Origin: an uncultured Syntrophaceae bacterium
GTDB lineage: Bacteria; Desulfobacterota; Syntrophia; Syntrophales; PHBD01
Length of the DNA stretch: 64,000 nucleotides
Direction of reading: 5' to 3'
Assembly: GCA_964578535.1 (NCBI GenBank)
Contig: CAZODI010000002.1
Span: forward strand, 12,177-76,176
In this document: in pieces, positions 53,643 through 62,944 of the stretch
Numbering within the stretch: position 1 is the stretch's first letter
How the letters are laid out: each line of letters starts with the position of its first letter
The notes under the pieces: model-generated
What the model was told of the DNA's origin: nothing
Database searches by the model: none
Seen by the model: the letters and a program-made list of their open reading frames with translations, nothing else
Translations under genes and position numbers: made by a program

Positions 53643-55940
53643 ATGGCGTCGGATCCCGTCAGCAGCAGAAAAATTTCCGAGCTCGAGGAGAAGCTGATTC
53701 TCCGCAAGCAGCTCCAGGATATCACCAACCGCATCCACGCGGCGCAGAACCTGAAGCAGATCCTGGTGGACCTGAAGGACGGCATCCTCACGCTTTTCGA
53801 CGCCCATTCCGTCACCATCTACGTGGTGGACAAGATCCGCAACGAAATCTACTCCATGTTTCTGAGCGGGACAGAGCTCAGGGACATCCGCGTTCCCATC
53901 AGCAACAACAGCATCGCCGGTTTTGTGGCCAATACGGGCAAGATCGTGAACATCGCCGATGCCTACGACGGGGATGAGCTGCGGAAGATCGACAAGAACC
54001 TGAATTTCGACCCGAGCTGGGACAAAAAGACCGGGTTCCGGACCCGGCAGATCCTGGCCATGCCGGTTCTGTACAACAACACCCTGATGGGGGTGGTCCA
54101 GATCATTAACCGCAAGGGCTCGACGGGCCGGTTCTCCGACGATGAAGAGAATTTTCTCCGCGAGATCGCCCAGGTCCTCGGGGTGTCCTTTTTCAACCAG
54201 GAGCGGTTTGCCCGGCGCCGGAAGACCAAGTTCGACTACCTTGTGATCCGTGGACTCCTGAAGGAGGAGGAACTGGATGCTGCCTGGGACGAGGCCCGGG
54301 AGCAGAAGGAGACCATGGAAAACTTCCTCATGAAGAAATATAAGATTTCCCGGGAAGACATCGGGAAATCCTATGAGGAGTTTTATCGTTGCCGCTTCAT
54401 CCAGTTCAACGACAAGCTTCCCATCCCCGGGGAGCTCTTGAAAAACCTCAAGCCCGAGTACCTGCGCCGGGAGTTGTGGGTGCCCATCGAAAAGATCGAC
54501 GGCCAGATCCACGTCATCGTCGACGACCCGAACAACATCCTCAAGCGGGACACCATCGAAAGCCTCCTGAAAACGAAGGCGGTCAAGTACGACGTCTCCC
54601 TGCCGGAGGATATCATCAAGTACATCGCCCAGTTCTTCCATTCCGCGGTGGACGAGACTTCCATCTCGGAGATCCTCGGGAGAATGGACACGCCGGACGA
54701 GGAGGCATACGAGGATGGCGAGGAGGTCGTTACCGAGTCGGACAGCGCCATCATGCAGCTGGTGAACAAGATCATCAACGACGCCTACGCCCGCCGGACG
54801 TCGGATATTCACATCGAGCCGAACGTCACCAAGAAGAACGTGGAAATACGGCTCCGCGTCGACGGGGACTGCGGCCTCTACCAGACCGTTCCCTTCAGCT
54901 ACCGGAACGCCATCGTGTCGCGCATCAAGATCATGTCCAACCTGGACATCACGGTGAAGCGGATCCCCCAGGACGGCAAAATCAAGTTCCGCCGCGCCGG
55001 CGGGGACGAGATCGAGCTCCGTGTGGCCACCATCCCGACCCAGGGGGGCGTGGAGGACGTGGTCATGCGCATCCTCGCCAAAGGCGAGACGCTTCCCCTT
55101 GAGGCCATGGGCATGCTGCCCCGGAACTACAAGGAACTGGTCAATTCCTGTGAGAAGCCCTACGGGATGGTCCTGGTGGTGGGTCCCACCGGATCCGGTA
55201 AGACCACCACCCTCCACGCGGCGCTGAAGCACATCAACACGCCGGACCGCAAGATCTGGACCGCCGAGGACCCCGTGGAAATCACCCAGTACGGGCTCCG
55301 GCAGGTCCAGGTACAGCCTAAGATCGGATTCGACTTTGCCGCCGCCATGCGGGCCTTTCTCAGGGCAGACCCGGACGTGATCATGGTCGGGGAAATGCGC
55401 GACTTCGAGACGGCCAAGACGGGCGTCGAGGCCTCCCTTACAGGCCATCTCGTCTTCAGCACCCTCCACACGAACAGCGCACCGGAGACGATCACCCGTC
55501 TTCTGGACATGGGCATCGATCCCCTGAACTTCGCCGACGCCCTCCTGGCCATCCTGGCCCAGCGGCTGGTGAGGACGCTCTGCAAGAGCTGCAAGGAGGC
55601 CTATCACCCGACGCAGGCGGAGTACGACGAGATCGTCCAGAGCTACGGGGAGGAGGACTTTGCGAAGCTCAATATTCCATACAGCGACAGCCTGACCCTC
55701 TATCGCCCCAAGGGCTGCGGTGCCTGCGACAATTCGGGATACAAGGGCCGGATGGGGATCCACGAGCTTTTGCTGGGAACGGACGAGATGAAGCGGCTCA
55801 TCCAGAAACACTCCTCCATCGAGGATCTGCGGGCCCTGGCCATGGACCAGGGGATGACCACGCTGCTGCAGGACGGCATTCAGAAATCCATCCAGGGGGT
55901 GACGGATTTCAAGCAGGTGAGAAGAGTCTGCATCAAATAG
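53643..55940 (+). CDS. GspE/PilB-family secretion ATPase with N-terminal GAF domain
   Basis: The N-terminal roughly 180 aa is GAF-like, followed by a T2SSE_N-like region. The ATPase core carries GPTGSGKTTT Walker A, an Asp box and the tetracysteine CxxC...CxxC (CKSCK...CGAC). Confidence 0.85.
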   Translation: MASDPVSSRKISELEEKLILRKQLQDITNRIHAAQNLKQILVDLKDGILTLFDAHSVTIYVVDKIRNEIYSMFLSGTELRDIRVPISNNSIAGFVANTGKIVNIADAYDGDELRKIDKNLNFDPSWDKKTGFRTRQILAMPVLYNNTLMGVVQIINRKGSTGRFSDDEENFLREIAQVLGVSFFNQERFARRRKTKFDYLVIRGLLKEEELDAAWDEAREQKETMENFLMKKYKISREDIGKSYEEFYRCRFIQFNDKLPIPGELLKNLKPEYLRRELWVPIEKIDGQIHVIVDDPNNILKRDTIESLLKTKAVKYDVSLPEDIIKYIAQFFHSAVDETSISEILGRMDTPDEEAYEDGEEVVTESDSAIMQLVNKIINDAYARRTSDIHIEPNVTKKNVEIRLRVDGDCGLYQTVPFSYRNAIVSRIKIMSNLDITVKRIPQDGKIKFRRAGGDEIELRVATIPTQGGVEDVVMRILAKGETLPLEAMGMLPRNYKELVNSCEKPYGMVLVVGPTGSGKTTTLHAALKHINTPDRKIWTAEDPVEITQYGLRQVQVQPKIGFDFAAAMRAFLRADPDVIMVGEMRDFETAKTGVEASLTGHLVFSTLHTNSAPETITRLLDMGIDPLNFADALLAILAQRLVRTLCKSCKEAYHPTQAEYDEIVQSYGEEDFAKLNIPYSDSLTLYRPKGCGACDNSGYKGRMGIHELLLGTDEMKRLIQKHSSIEDLRALAMDQGMTTLLQDGIQKSIQGVTDFKQVRRVCIK

Positions 55941-55969
55941 CCCGCCAAGGCCTTGAAATGATAAAAAGA

Positions 55970-55998
55970 TTGTAAGTGTCCGTCTTTTTCTGTATAGT
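55970..55998 (+). promoter_or_regulatory. candidate sigma70 promoter TTGTAA-N17-TATAGT
   Basis: It lies in an AT-rich patch between the ATPase stop and the kinase start. Confidence 0.4.
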
Positions 55999-56072
55999 TT
56001 TTCTAAAGGATTTGAAGGGATTCAGCAGGCGGACGGTTGGGGAGACATCATGCAGATGGGCAGGGGAGTACA

Positions 56073-58550
56073 ATGAGCAAGTGGAAGGGTTCGTTCGTGG
56101 CCGATGCCATGATCGGCCTGATTCTGACCGTTCTGGCCCTTCTGGCTTTGTATTTTCAATGGGGACCCCTGGAAAGAATCGGTTACGGCACCTATGACCT
56201 GGGGCTCTCCCTGCGGCAGAATCCCTCCGCCCGGACCGCCCCGTCCCCCGTCGTCGTCGTGGCCATCGACGATGCCAGCATTGCCGGGATCGGCCGGTGG
56301 CCGTGGCCCCGCCACTACATTGCCCAGATGATCTGGTTCCTCCGGCAGGCCGAGGCCAAGGTCGTGGGGGTGAACATCATCTACTCGGAACCGGACCAGA
56401 ATCAGGGCCTCCTGGAAATCCGGAACATCCTCAAGGAATTCGAGAGCGGCGCCGCCCGGTCAGGCCAGCTCTTCACCATGCTGAAGGAGGCGGAGGGCCG
56501 CCTCGACAACGATACGCGCCTGGCGGCAAGCCTGGAAGAGAGCAAGCGGGTGGTCCTGCCCCTGTATTTCCAGATTGGAAACGCTTTCGGCGGCGAGCGG
56601 AAGGACATGCCGGAGGTGCTGAAACGCAATTCCGTGTCGCTTCCCGGTCTCGCCGGCGGACTGACGGCCATCGAGATCACGCCCCCGATTCCGGAGTTTG
56701 CCGAGAGAGCCGCGGCCCTGGGCCACCTGAATATCCTCATGGACCCCGACGGCGCCGTGCGGAGCGCACCTCTCCTGATCAACTATGAAAACCGATTCTT
56801 CCCGTCCCTGCCGTTGCAGATGACCCTGCAGTACCTGAATTACGGCATCGGCGACCTGACGGCCCGGGGGCAGGAACTCCGCATCGGCCGCCTCGTCATT
56901 CCCGTACAGCCGGACAATCGAATGTTCGTGAGCTATTCGCGGTTTCCAACGGTCTATTCGTTCGTGGACGTGGCCAGCAACAAGGTGCCGCCGGAGGCGT
57001 TCAAGGATAAAATCGTCCTCGTCGCCCTGAATGCGGTCGGCCTGGGGGCGTTCCAGTTGACGCCCATGGGACCCAACGTCCCGTCGTTCGTGGGGCTTTC
57101 AAATGTCATCACCGACATCATCGACAACCGGGACTTTGTGGTCCGGCCCGACTGGGCCTTCTGGGTGGAGATCGCGGTGACGGTTCTCTTCGGCCTCTTC
57201 CTGGCCCTTGCCATTCCCCATATGAAGGCCTGGCTGAGCGCCCTGATCTCCCTGGTCCTTCTGGTGGCGTGGTGCGGCGCGTCCATGTTTCTCCTGGTTT
57301 CCCAGGGCTGGTGGATCAAGATGACCTATCCCGCTGTGCTGCTCCTGGCGGGGTACATCGTGCTCGTCTCGAAGCGGTTCCTCTGGACGGAGAAAACCAA
57401 GGAGTACATGGAGGCGGACGGCATCGAGACGAACAAGATGCTTGGACTCTCCTTCCAGGGCCAGGGGATGCTGGACATGGCCTTCGACAAGTTCCGGAAG
57501 TGTCCCGTGGAGGACGAGTCGGTGAAGGATCTCGTCTACAACCTGGGCCTCGACTTCGAGCGGAAGCGGATGTTCAACAAGGCCGTGGCGGCCTATGAGC
57601 ATATCCGCACGGCCGGGCCGTTCAAGGACGTCGACGACCGGATCAAAAAGCTCAAGGTGGCCGGAGAGACGATGATCTTCGGCCTCGGCGGCGCCAAGAA
57701 GGACGGAACCGTCCTGATCGACAGCGCCGAGACGAAACCGACGCTGGGCCGGTACGAGGTCGTAAAGGAACTCGGCCGAGGCGCCATGGGTACCGTTTAT
57801 CTGGGGAAAGATCCCAAGATCAACCGGGAGGTGGCCATCAAGACCCTCCGGTACGAGGACATCGACGAGGAGCAGCTTGCAGAGGTGAAGAAGCGGTTCT
57901 TCCGTGAGGCCGAGGCGGCCGGTCGACTTTCGCACCCGAACATCGTCACCATTTACGACGTGGGTGAGGACTATGAAATCGCCTACATGGCCATGGAGCT
58001 TCTCTCCGGCTCCGACCTGGCGAAATACTGCCAGAAGGAAAACCTCCTGCCCCTCCACGAGGTGGTGCGGATCGTGACGGCCACGGCGAACGCCCTGGAT
58101 TACGCCCACGAGCACGACGTCGTCCACAGGGACATCAAGCCGGCGAACATCATGGTCCTGAAAAACGGCGAGGTTCGGGTCGCCGACTTCGGCATCGCCC
58201 GGGTGGTCACGTCCTCGAAGACCCAGACGGGGGTTGTCCTCGGAACGCCGAGCTACATGTCTCCGGAGCAGATCGCGGGACAGAAGGTGGACGGCCGTTC
58301 CGATCTGTTTTCCCTGGGGGTGGTGCTCTTCGAGCTTTTGACGGGAACGAAACCCTTCCAGGGAGACAGCATCGCCACACTGATGTTCAACATCACGACG
58401 GGGCTTCCGCCCCGGGTGGCCGAGCTGGTCCCGGACATCCCGCCGGCTTTGCAGGCCATCCTGGACAAGGCCCTGGGCAAGGACCGGGAACAGCGATACC
58501 AGAAGGGATCGGAGATGGCCGGGGACCTTGCCCAGGCCCTTAAATCGTAA
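56073..58550 (+). CDS. CHASE2 sensor domain-containing Ser/Thr protein kinase
   Basis: The N-terminal TM helix plus VVVAIDD.S....GRWPWPR is CHASE2, followed by three TM helices. Hanks kinase motifs GRGAMGTVY, VAIK, HRDIKPAN, DFG and SPE follow. Confidence 0.85.
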   Translation: MSKWKGSFVADAMIGLILTVLALLALYFQWGPLERIGYGTYDLGLSLRQNPSARTAPSPVVVVAIDDASIAGIGRWPWPRHYIAQMIWFLRQAEAKVVGVNIIYSEPDQNQGLLEIRNILKEFESGAARSGQLFTMLKEAEGRLDNDTRLAASLEESKRVVLPLYFQIGNAFGGERKDMPEVLKRNSVSLPGLAGGLTAIEITPPIPEFAERAAALGHLNILMDPDGAVRSAPLLINYENRFFPSLPLQMTLQYLNYGIGDLTARGQELRIGRLVIPVQPDNRMFVSYSRFPTVYSFVDVASNKVPPEAFKDKIVLVALNAVGLGAFQLTPMGPNVPSFVGLSNVITDIIDNRDFVVRPDWAFWVEIAVTVLFGLFLALAIPHMKAWLSALISLVLLVAWCGASMFLLVSQGWWIKMTYPAVLLLAGYIVLVSKRFLWTEKTKEYMEADGIETNKMLGLSFQGQGMLDMAFDKFRKCPVEDESVKDLVYNLGLDFERKRMFNKAVAAYEHIRTAGPFKDVDDRIKKLKVAGETMIFGLGGAKKDGTVLIDSAETKPTLGRYEVVKELGRGAMGTVYLGKDPKINREVAIKTLRYEDIDEEQLAEVKKRFFREAEAAGRLSHPNIVTIYDVGEDYEIAYMAMELLSGSDLAKYCQKENLLPLHEVVRIVTATANALDYAHEHDVVHRDIKPANIMVLKNGEVRVADFGIARVVTSSKTQTGVVLGTPSYMSPEQIAGQKVDGRSDLFSLGVVLFELLTGTKPFQGDSIATLMFNITTGLPPRVAELVPDIPPALQAILDKALGKDREQRYQKGSEMAGDLAQALKS

Positions 58551-58568
58551 GGAGGAGGCTCCCGAAGC

Positions 58569-59375
58569 ATGCTCCGGATTGCCGCACGGACCGACACGGG
58601 ACGGGTCAGGGCCAACAACGAGGACAGTTTTTATGTCCGCGGGGACAGGGGCCTCCTCGTCGTGGCCGACGGCATGGGAGGGCATGCCTCCGGAGAGGTC
58701 GCGAGCCGGATGGCCGTGGACATCATGCGGGACTACTTCGACGATGCGGCGGGTGAAAAAGGCTTTGTCGGCGATTTCGACCCGGCCTGCCTGGAAGGGA
58801 CGAACCGGCTGGGGGCCGCAATCCGGCTGGCCAACATGGCCATCTTTGAAGCAGCGGCGGGCCAGGCGAAGTATGCCGGCATGGGAACCACGGTTGCAGC
58901 GGTGCTGATCCAGGGCAAACGCATGGGCATCGCCCATGTCGGAGACAGCCGTGTGTACCTGGCCCGGGCCGGGGACCTGATCCAGTTGACGGACGATCAC
59001 TCCCTCGTGGCGGAGCAGCTCAAGCGGGAGATGATCACCCCCGAGGAGGCCGCGGCGGCGGAAAACCGGAACATCCTGACCCGGGCACTGGGCATCGCAC
59101 CGGAGGTCCGGGTGGATCTCGACGAGATGACCGTTGCCGACGGGGACAGGATTGTCCTCTGCTCCGACGGACTGAACACCATGATCTCCGACGGGGAGAT
59201 CCTGTCCGTCGTCGAGGCGGCGGAGGATTTCGATGCGGCCTGCGACAGGCTGGTCGCAATGGCCAACGACCGCGGCGGACGGGATAACATCACCGTGGTC
59301 CTGGCGGAAATCAGGAAGAAGAAGGGTCCGGTCGCGTCCATCTGGCACGCGTTGACATCATGGTTCAGGAGGTGA
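58569..59375 (+). CDS. PP2C-family Ser/Thr phosphatase (Stp1-like)
   Basis: RANNEDSF, VADGMGGH, GTT and DNITVV motifs are present. Confidence 0.9.
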   Translation: MLRIAARTDTGRVRANNEDSFYVRGDRGLLVVADGMGGHASGEVASRMAVDIMRDYFDDAAGEKGFVGDFDPACLEGTNRLGAAIRLANMAIFEAAAGQAKYAGMGTTVAAVLIQGKRMGIAHVGDSRVYLARAGDLIQLTDDHSLVAEQLKREMITPEEAAAAENRNILTRALGIAPEVRVDLDEMTVADGDRIVLCSDGLNTMISDGEILSVVEAAEDFDAACDRLVAMANDRGGRDNITVVLAEIRKKKGPVASIWHALTSWFRR

Positions 59376-59378
59376 GGT

Positions 59379-60080
59379 ATGGCAAGGGTTCTGCTGAAGT
59401 TCAAGGAGGCCTTGATCAAAGAGATCCCGCTTGACAAGCCCGTCATCACCATCGGCAGAAAGGCGGAAAACGATATCGTCATCGACAACCAGGCCGTCTC
59501 GGGCTTCCATGCCAAGATCCTGGCCGAAGGCGAGGCGTTTGCCATCGAGGATCTCGGGAGCCTCAACGGTACCTTCGTGAACGGGCAGCGGGTGACGAAG
59601 ATCGACCTGGACAACGGCGATATCGTTCTGATCGGGATTCACAGCCTGGAGGTGGAGTGCCCGCCCCGCAAGGAGGCGGACAGGATGGCGCAGGCTGTGA
59701 GAGGACGGTCCATGGACGAGACGATGGTGATCGATCCGGCGTCCCAGAAGCGGATGCTGGAAGCGACCGTCAAGGCCGCCGAGGAGGTCCTCGGGGGGTT
59801 TGTCGTCGTCGAGGGATCCTCGGACAAGCGGGAGTACGAGCTCAAGGACCGGGTGGTGACGATCGGAAAGGACGACAGCGCCGCCATCCGCCTGAAGGGG
59901 TTCTTCGCGCCGTCTGTGGCTGCCCTCGTGAACCGCCGCAGGGAGGGGTACTTCATGACGCCCGCCAGCGGTAAATCCTTCAAGGTGAACGGCCAGGACG
60001 TGAAAACCCGCTACGACCTGAAGGACGGCGACCTGGTGGAGGTCGGCAACCTGAAGATGCAATTCTTTATCAAGGAGTGA
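59379..60080 (+). CDS. protein with two FHA domains
   Basis: ITIGRKAENDIVIDNQAVSGFHAKI...SLNGTFVNGQRV forms the first FHA domain. A second, more degenerate FHA runs VTIGKDDSAAIRL...VNGQDV...DGDLVEVG. Confidence 0.85.
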   Translation: MARVLLKFKEALIKEIPLDKPVITIGRKAENDIVIDNQAVSGFHAKILAEGEAFAIEDLGSLNGTFVNGQRVTKIDLDNGDIVLIGIHSLEVECPPRKEADRMAQAVRGRSMDETMVIDPASQKRMLEATVKAAEEVLGGFVVVEGSSDKREYELKDRVVTIGKDDSAAIRLKGFFAPSVAALVNRRREGYFMTPASGKSFKVNGQDVKTRYDLKDGDLVEVGNLKMQFFIKE

Positions 60081-60084
60081 ATCC

Positions 60085-60819
60085 ATGAAAAAGTTCATCG
60101 TCAACGGGGTGATACTGATTGCAGCGGGGTTGCTGGTTCTTCCGGTCCTGTCGGGGTGCATGGTCAAGGAGAGCACGTACCTGAAGAAGGTGGAGGAAGA
60201 GAAGGCGCTTCAGCAGAAGTACAACCAGCTGGAGAAGGAAAAGGCCGATGTCCTCCGGAAGAAGGAGGAATGCGACCGCGACCTGCAGCGGATCATGACC
60301 GAACTCCAGCAGAAGAACGTCGATATCAGTTCGCTGCAGAAGAAGAAGGAGGAGATCCAGACGGAGAGCCAGGCCTACAAGGACCTGCTCCGTGAAATGA
60401 AAGGCGAGATGGCCAGGGGCCAGGTGACCATCGAGGAGCTGAAGGGCAAGCTGACCCTCGGACTGGCGGACCAGATCCTCTTCGATTCCGGCCAGTCGGA
60501 GGTGAAGAAGGACGGCCTGGCGATTCTCAAGCGGATCGTGGACATTCTGGGCAAGGTGCAGGGAAAGGCCATCCGCGTCGAGGGCCACACGGACAACGTG
60601 AAGATTGCAGGCCGTCTGGCCCGGCGCTTCCCGACCAACTGGGAGCTCTCGGCCGCCCGGGCCATCAATGTCGCCCGTTTCCTTGAAGAGAACGGGATCG
60701 ACCCGAAGATCCTGTCAGCCGCCGCCTACGGCGAGTACAAGCCCATCGCGGACAACAGCACGCCGGAGGGACGCCAGAAGAACCGGCGGATCGCCATCAT
60801 TCTCCTGCCGACGGACTGA
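60085..60819 (+). CDS. OmpA/MotB-family lipoprotein with coiled-coil linker
   Basis: Lipobox LSGC is followed by an E/K-rich coiled coil. The C-terminal OmpA_C motifs are ILFDSGQSEV, VEGHTDN, NWELSAARA and NRRIAIIL. Confidence 0.85.
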   Translation: MKKFIVNGVILIAAGLLVLPVLSGCMVKESTYLKKVEEEKALQQKYNQLEKEKADVLRKKEECDRDLQRIMTELQQKNVDISSLQKKKEEIQTESQAYKDLLREMKGEMARGQVTIEELKGKLTLGLADQILFDSGQSEVKKDGLAILKRIVDILGKVQGKAIRVEGHTDNVKIAGRLARRFPTNWELSAARAINVARFLEENGIDPKILSAAAYGEYKPIADNSTPEGRQKNRRIAIILLPTD

Positions 60820-60845
60820 GGGGGAGGCGAACCGGGATTCATCAC

Positions 60846-60902
60846 GAAGGGGTTGGAGGGGAGGGGAGAGCCGGAACCCCGCCTCCGACCCCTTCCTGTT
60901 TT
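60846..60902 (+). terminator. candidate rho-independent terminator
   Basis: GAAGGGGT pairs with ACCCCTTC as the outer stem, and GGAGG/CCTCC and GGGG/CCCC pair inside. CTGTTTT follows, about 25 nt after the OmpA-like stop. Confidence 0.45.
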
Positions 60903-60929
60903 CGTATGGAGGGTCATCGTAGAGGAGCC

Positions 60930-62870
60930 ATGCCGGGAAAAACCATCACCGAAAAGATCATCGCCAATCACCTGGTCAAGGGGACATTCGGACCCGGCGA
61001 GGAGATCGCCATCCGCATCGACCAGACCCTGACCCAGGACGCCACGGGGACCATGGCCTACCTGCAGTTCGAATCGATGGGCATCCCCCGCGTCCGGACG
61101 GAGCTGTCCGTCAGCTACATCGACCACAACACCGTGCAGATCGGTTTCGAGAACGCCGACGACCACCGCTATCTCCAGACGGTGGCCGGGCGGTACGGCA
61201 TCCACCTTTCCCGGGCGGGAAACGGCATCTGTCACCAGGTGCACCTGGAGCGGTTCGGACGTCCCGGAAAGACCCTGGTCGGCTCCGACAGCCACACCCC
61301 TACCGGAGGCGGGCTGGCCATGCTGGCCATCGGCGTCGGCGGTCTGGACGTGGCGCTGGCCATGGCCGGGGAGGCCTTCTGGCTGACCTGCCCCCGGGTC
61401 GTCGGGATCCGGCTGTCGGGAAAGCTCCGGCCCTGGGTCTCCGCCAAGGACATCATCCTGAAGGTGCTGGAGATCTTTTCCGCCAAGGGCAACGTGGGCA
61501 CGGTCTTCGAGTACGGCGGGGAAGGCCTGGCGGGCCTCGCCGTTCCCGAGCGGGCGACCATCGCCAACATGGGCGCCGAGTGCGGCGTCACGACATCCGT
61601 TTTCCCCAGCGACGAACAGACCCGCCGTTTTCTCCGGGCCCAGGACCGCGAATCCGCCTGGGTCTCCCTGGCGGCGGACCCGGACGCATCCTATGACCGT
61701 GTGGTGGAGATCGACCTGTCCACGCTGGAACCCATGGCGGCCAAGCCCCACAGCCCCGACAACGTCAGCCCCGTCCGGGAGATTGCCGGGATCGGGGTGG
61801 ATCAGGTCTGCCTTGGCAGCTGCACGAATTCCTCCTACCGGGACCTGGCGACGGTGGCCCGGATCCTGAAGGGCCGGACCGTTCATCCCAACGTCAGCTT
61901 CGTCATCGCCCCGGGGTCCCGGCAGGTCCTTGAGAACCTGCTCCGGGACGGATACCTGGGAGACCTGCTGGCCTCCGGCGCCCGGCTCATGGAAAACGCC
62001 TGCGGCTTCTGTATCGGCAGCGGCCAGAGCCCCCGGACGGAGGGTGTTTCCCTCCGGACCTCGAACCGGAACTTCTTCGGCCGGTCGGGGACGAAGGACG
62101 CCCGGGTCTACCTGGTAAGTCCCGAGACGGCGGCGGCCGCCGCGCTGGAAGGGCGCATCACGGATCCCCGGGAACTGGGGATTTCCTACCCGGAGATTGC
62201 CCTTCCGGAGCGCTTCCACATCGACGACGGGCTGATCCTGTCGCCTCCGGACGCCGAGGCCGCCCGGACGGTGGAGGTCTACCGCGGTCCCAACATCGGG
62301 GAGCCGCCGGCCAACACACCCCTCCCGGAGGATCTCCGGATGGAGGCGGCCATCAAAGTGGGGGACGCCATCACGACGGACCACATCATCCCGGCGGGGG
62401 ACCGGATGAAGTACCGGTCCAACATCCCCAAGTATTCCGAATACGTCTTCGAGATCGTGGACAATCATTTCCACCGGCGGGCCTGGAAGATCCAGGGCGA
62501 GGGAAGACAGAACGCCATCGTCGCCGGCCTTTCCTATGGCCAGGGATCGTCCCGGGAGCACGCCGCCATCTGTCCCATGTACTTAGGGGTGCGGGCCGTC
62601 ATCGCCCGCTCCTTTGAACGGATCCATGCAGCGAACCTGGTCAATTTCGGAATCCTGCCGCTCGTCTTCGCCGACGGGAGGGATTACGACCGAATCGATC
62701 AGGGAGACCGCCTGGAGATTCCGGGCATCCGGGAAGCCCTGCTGGAAAACGGGTCGCTCATGGTGGAGAACCGGACGAAGGGGAACTCCTTCCGGGTGAC
62801 CTGCGACCTGACGGACCGCCAGAAGCGGATGATCCTGGCCGGCGGGGCCCTGAACCTGCGCAACGGCTGA
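60930..62870 (+). CDS. aconitate hydratase (about 646-aa short type)
   Basis: [29 protein letters not shown] and NRNFFGRSG (Fe-S ligands and active site) are present, plus the C-terminal swivel domain [11 protein letters not shown]. Confidence 0.9.
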   Translation: MPGKTITEKIIANHLVKGTFGPGEEIAIRIDQTLTQDATGTMAYLQFESMGIPRVRTELSVSYIDHNTVQIGFENADDHRYLQTVAGRYGIHLSRAGNGICHQVHLERFGRPGKTLVGSDSHTPTGGGLAMLAIGVGGLDVALAMAGEAFWLTCPRVVGIRLSGKLRPWVSAKDIILKVLEIFSAKGNVGTVFEYGGEGLAGLAVPERATIANMGAECGVTTSVFPSDEQTRRFLRAQDRESAWVSLAADPDASYDRVVEIDLSTLEPMAAKPHSPDNVSPVREIAGIGVDQVCLGSCTNSSYRDLATVARILKGRTVHPNVSFVIAPGSRQVLENLLRDGYLGDLLASGARLMENACGFCIGSGQSPRTEGVSLRTSNRNFFGRSGTKDARVYLVSPETAAAAALEGRITDPRELGISYPEIALPERFHIDDGLILSPPDAEAARTVEVYRGPNIGEPPANTPLPEDLRMEAAIKVGDAITTDHIIPAGDRMKYRSNIPKYSEYVFEIVDNHFHRRAWKIQGEGRQNAIVAGLSYGQGSSREHAAICPMYLGVRAVIARSFERIHAANLVNFGILPLVFADGRDYDRIDQGDRLEIPGIREALLENGSLMVENRTKGNSFRVTCDLTDRQKRMILAGGALNLRNG

Positions 62871-62944
62871 AGAAGGAAAACGGGACTCCCGGCGGGATGC
62901 GCCGCGGGGTCCGGGAAAACCATTACGAAGTGGAGTTGTCATTC

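Noticed and set aside
53586-55811. 741-aa ORF on the minus strand
   Set aside because: It is antisense to the GspE-family ATPase, whose motifs are unambiguous.
57099-59348. 749-aa ORF on the minus strand
   Set aside because: It is antisense to the Ser/Thr kinase and PP2C genes and shows shadow-ORF composition.
59341-59356. TGGCAC motif as a sigma54 -24 element
   Set aside because: The -12 element (TTGC) is absent at the correct spacing, and the site lies inside the PP2C coding region.
60726-62561. 611-aa ORF on the minus strand
   Set aside because: It is antisense to the aconitase gene.
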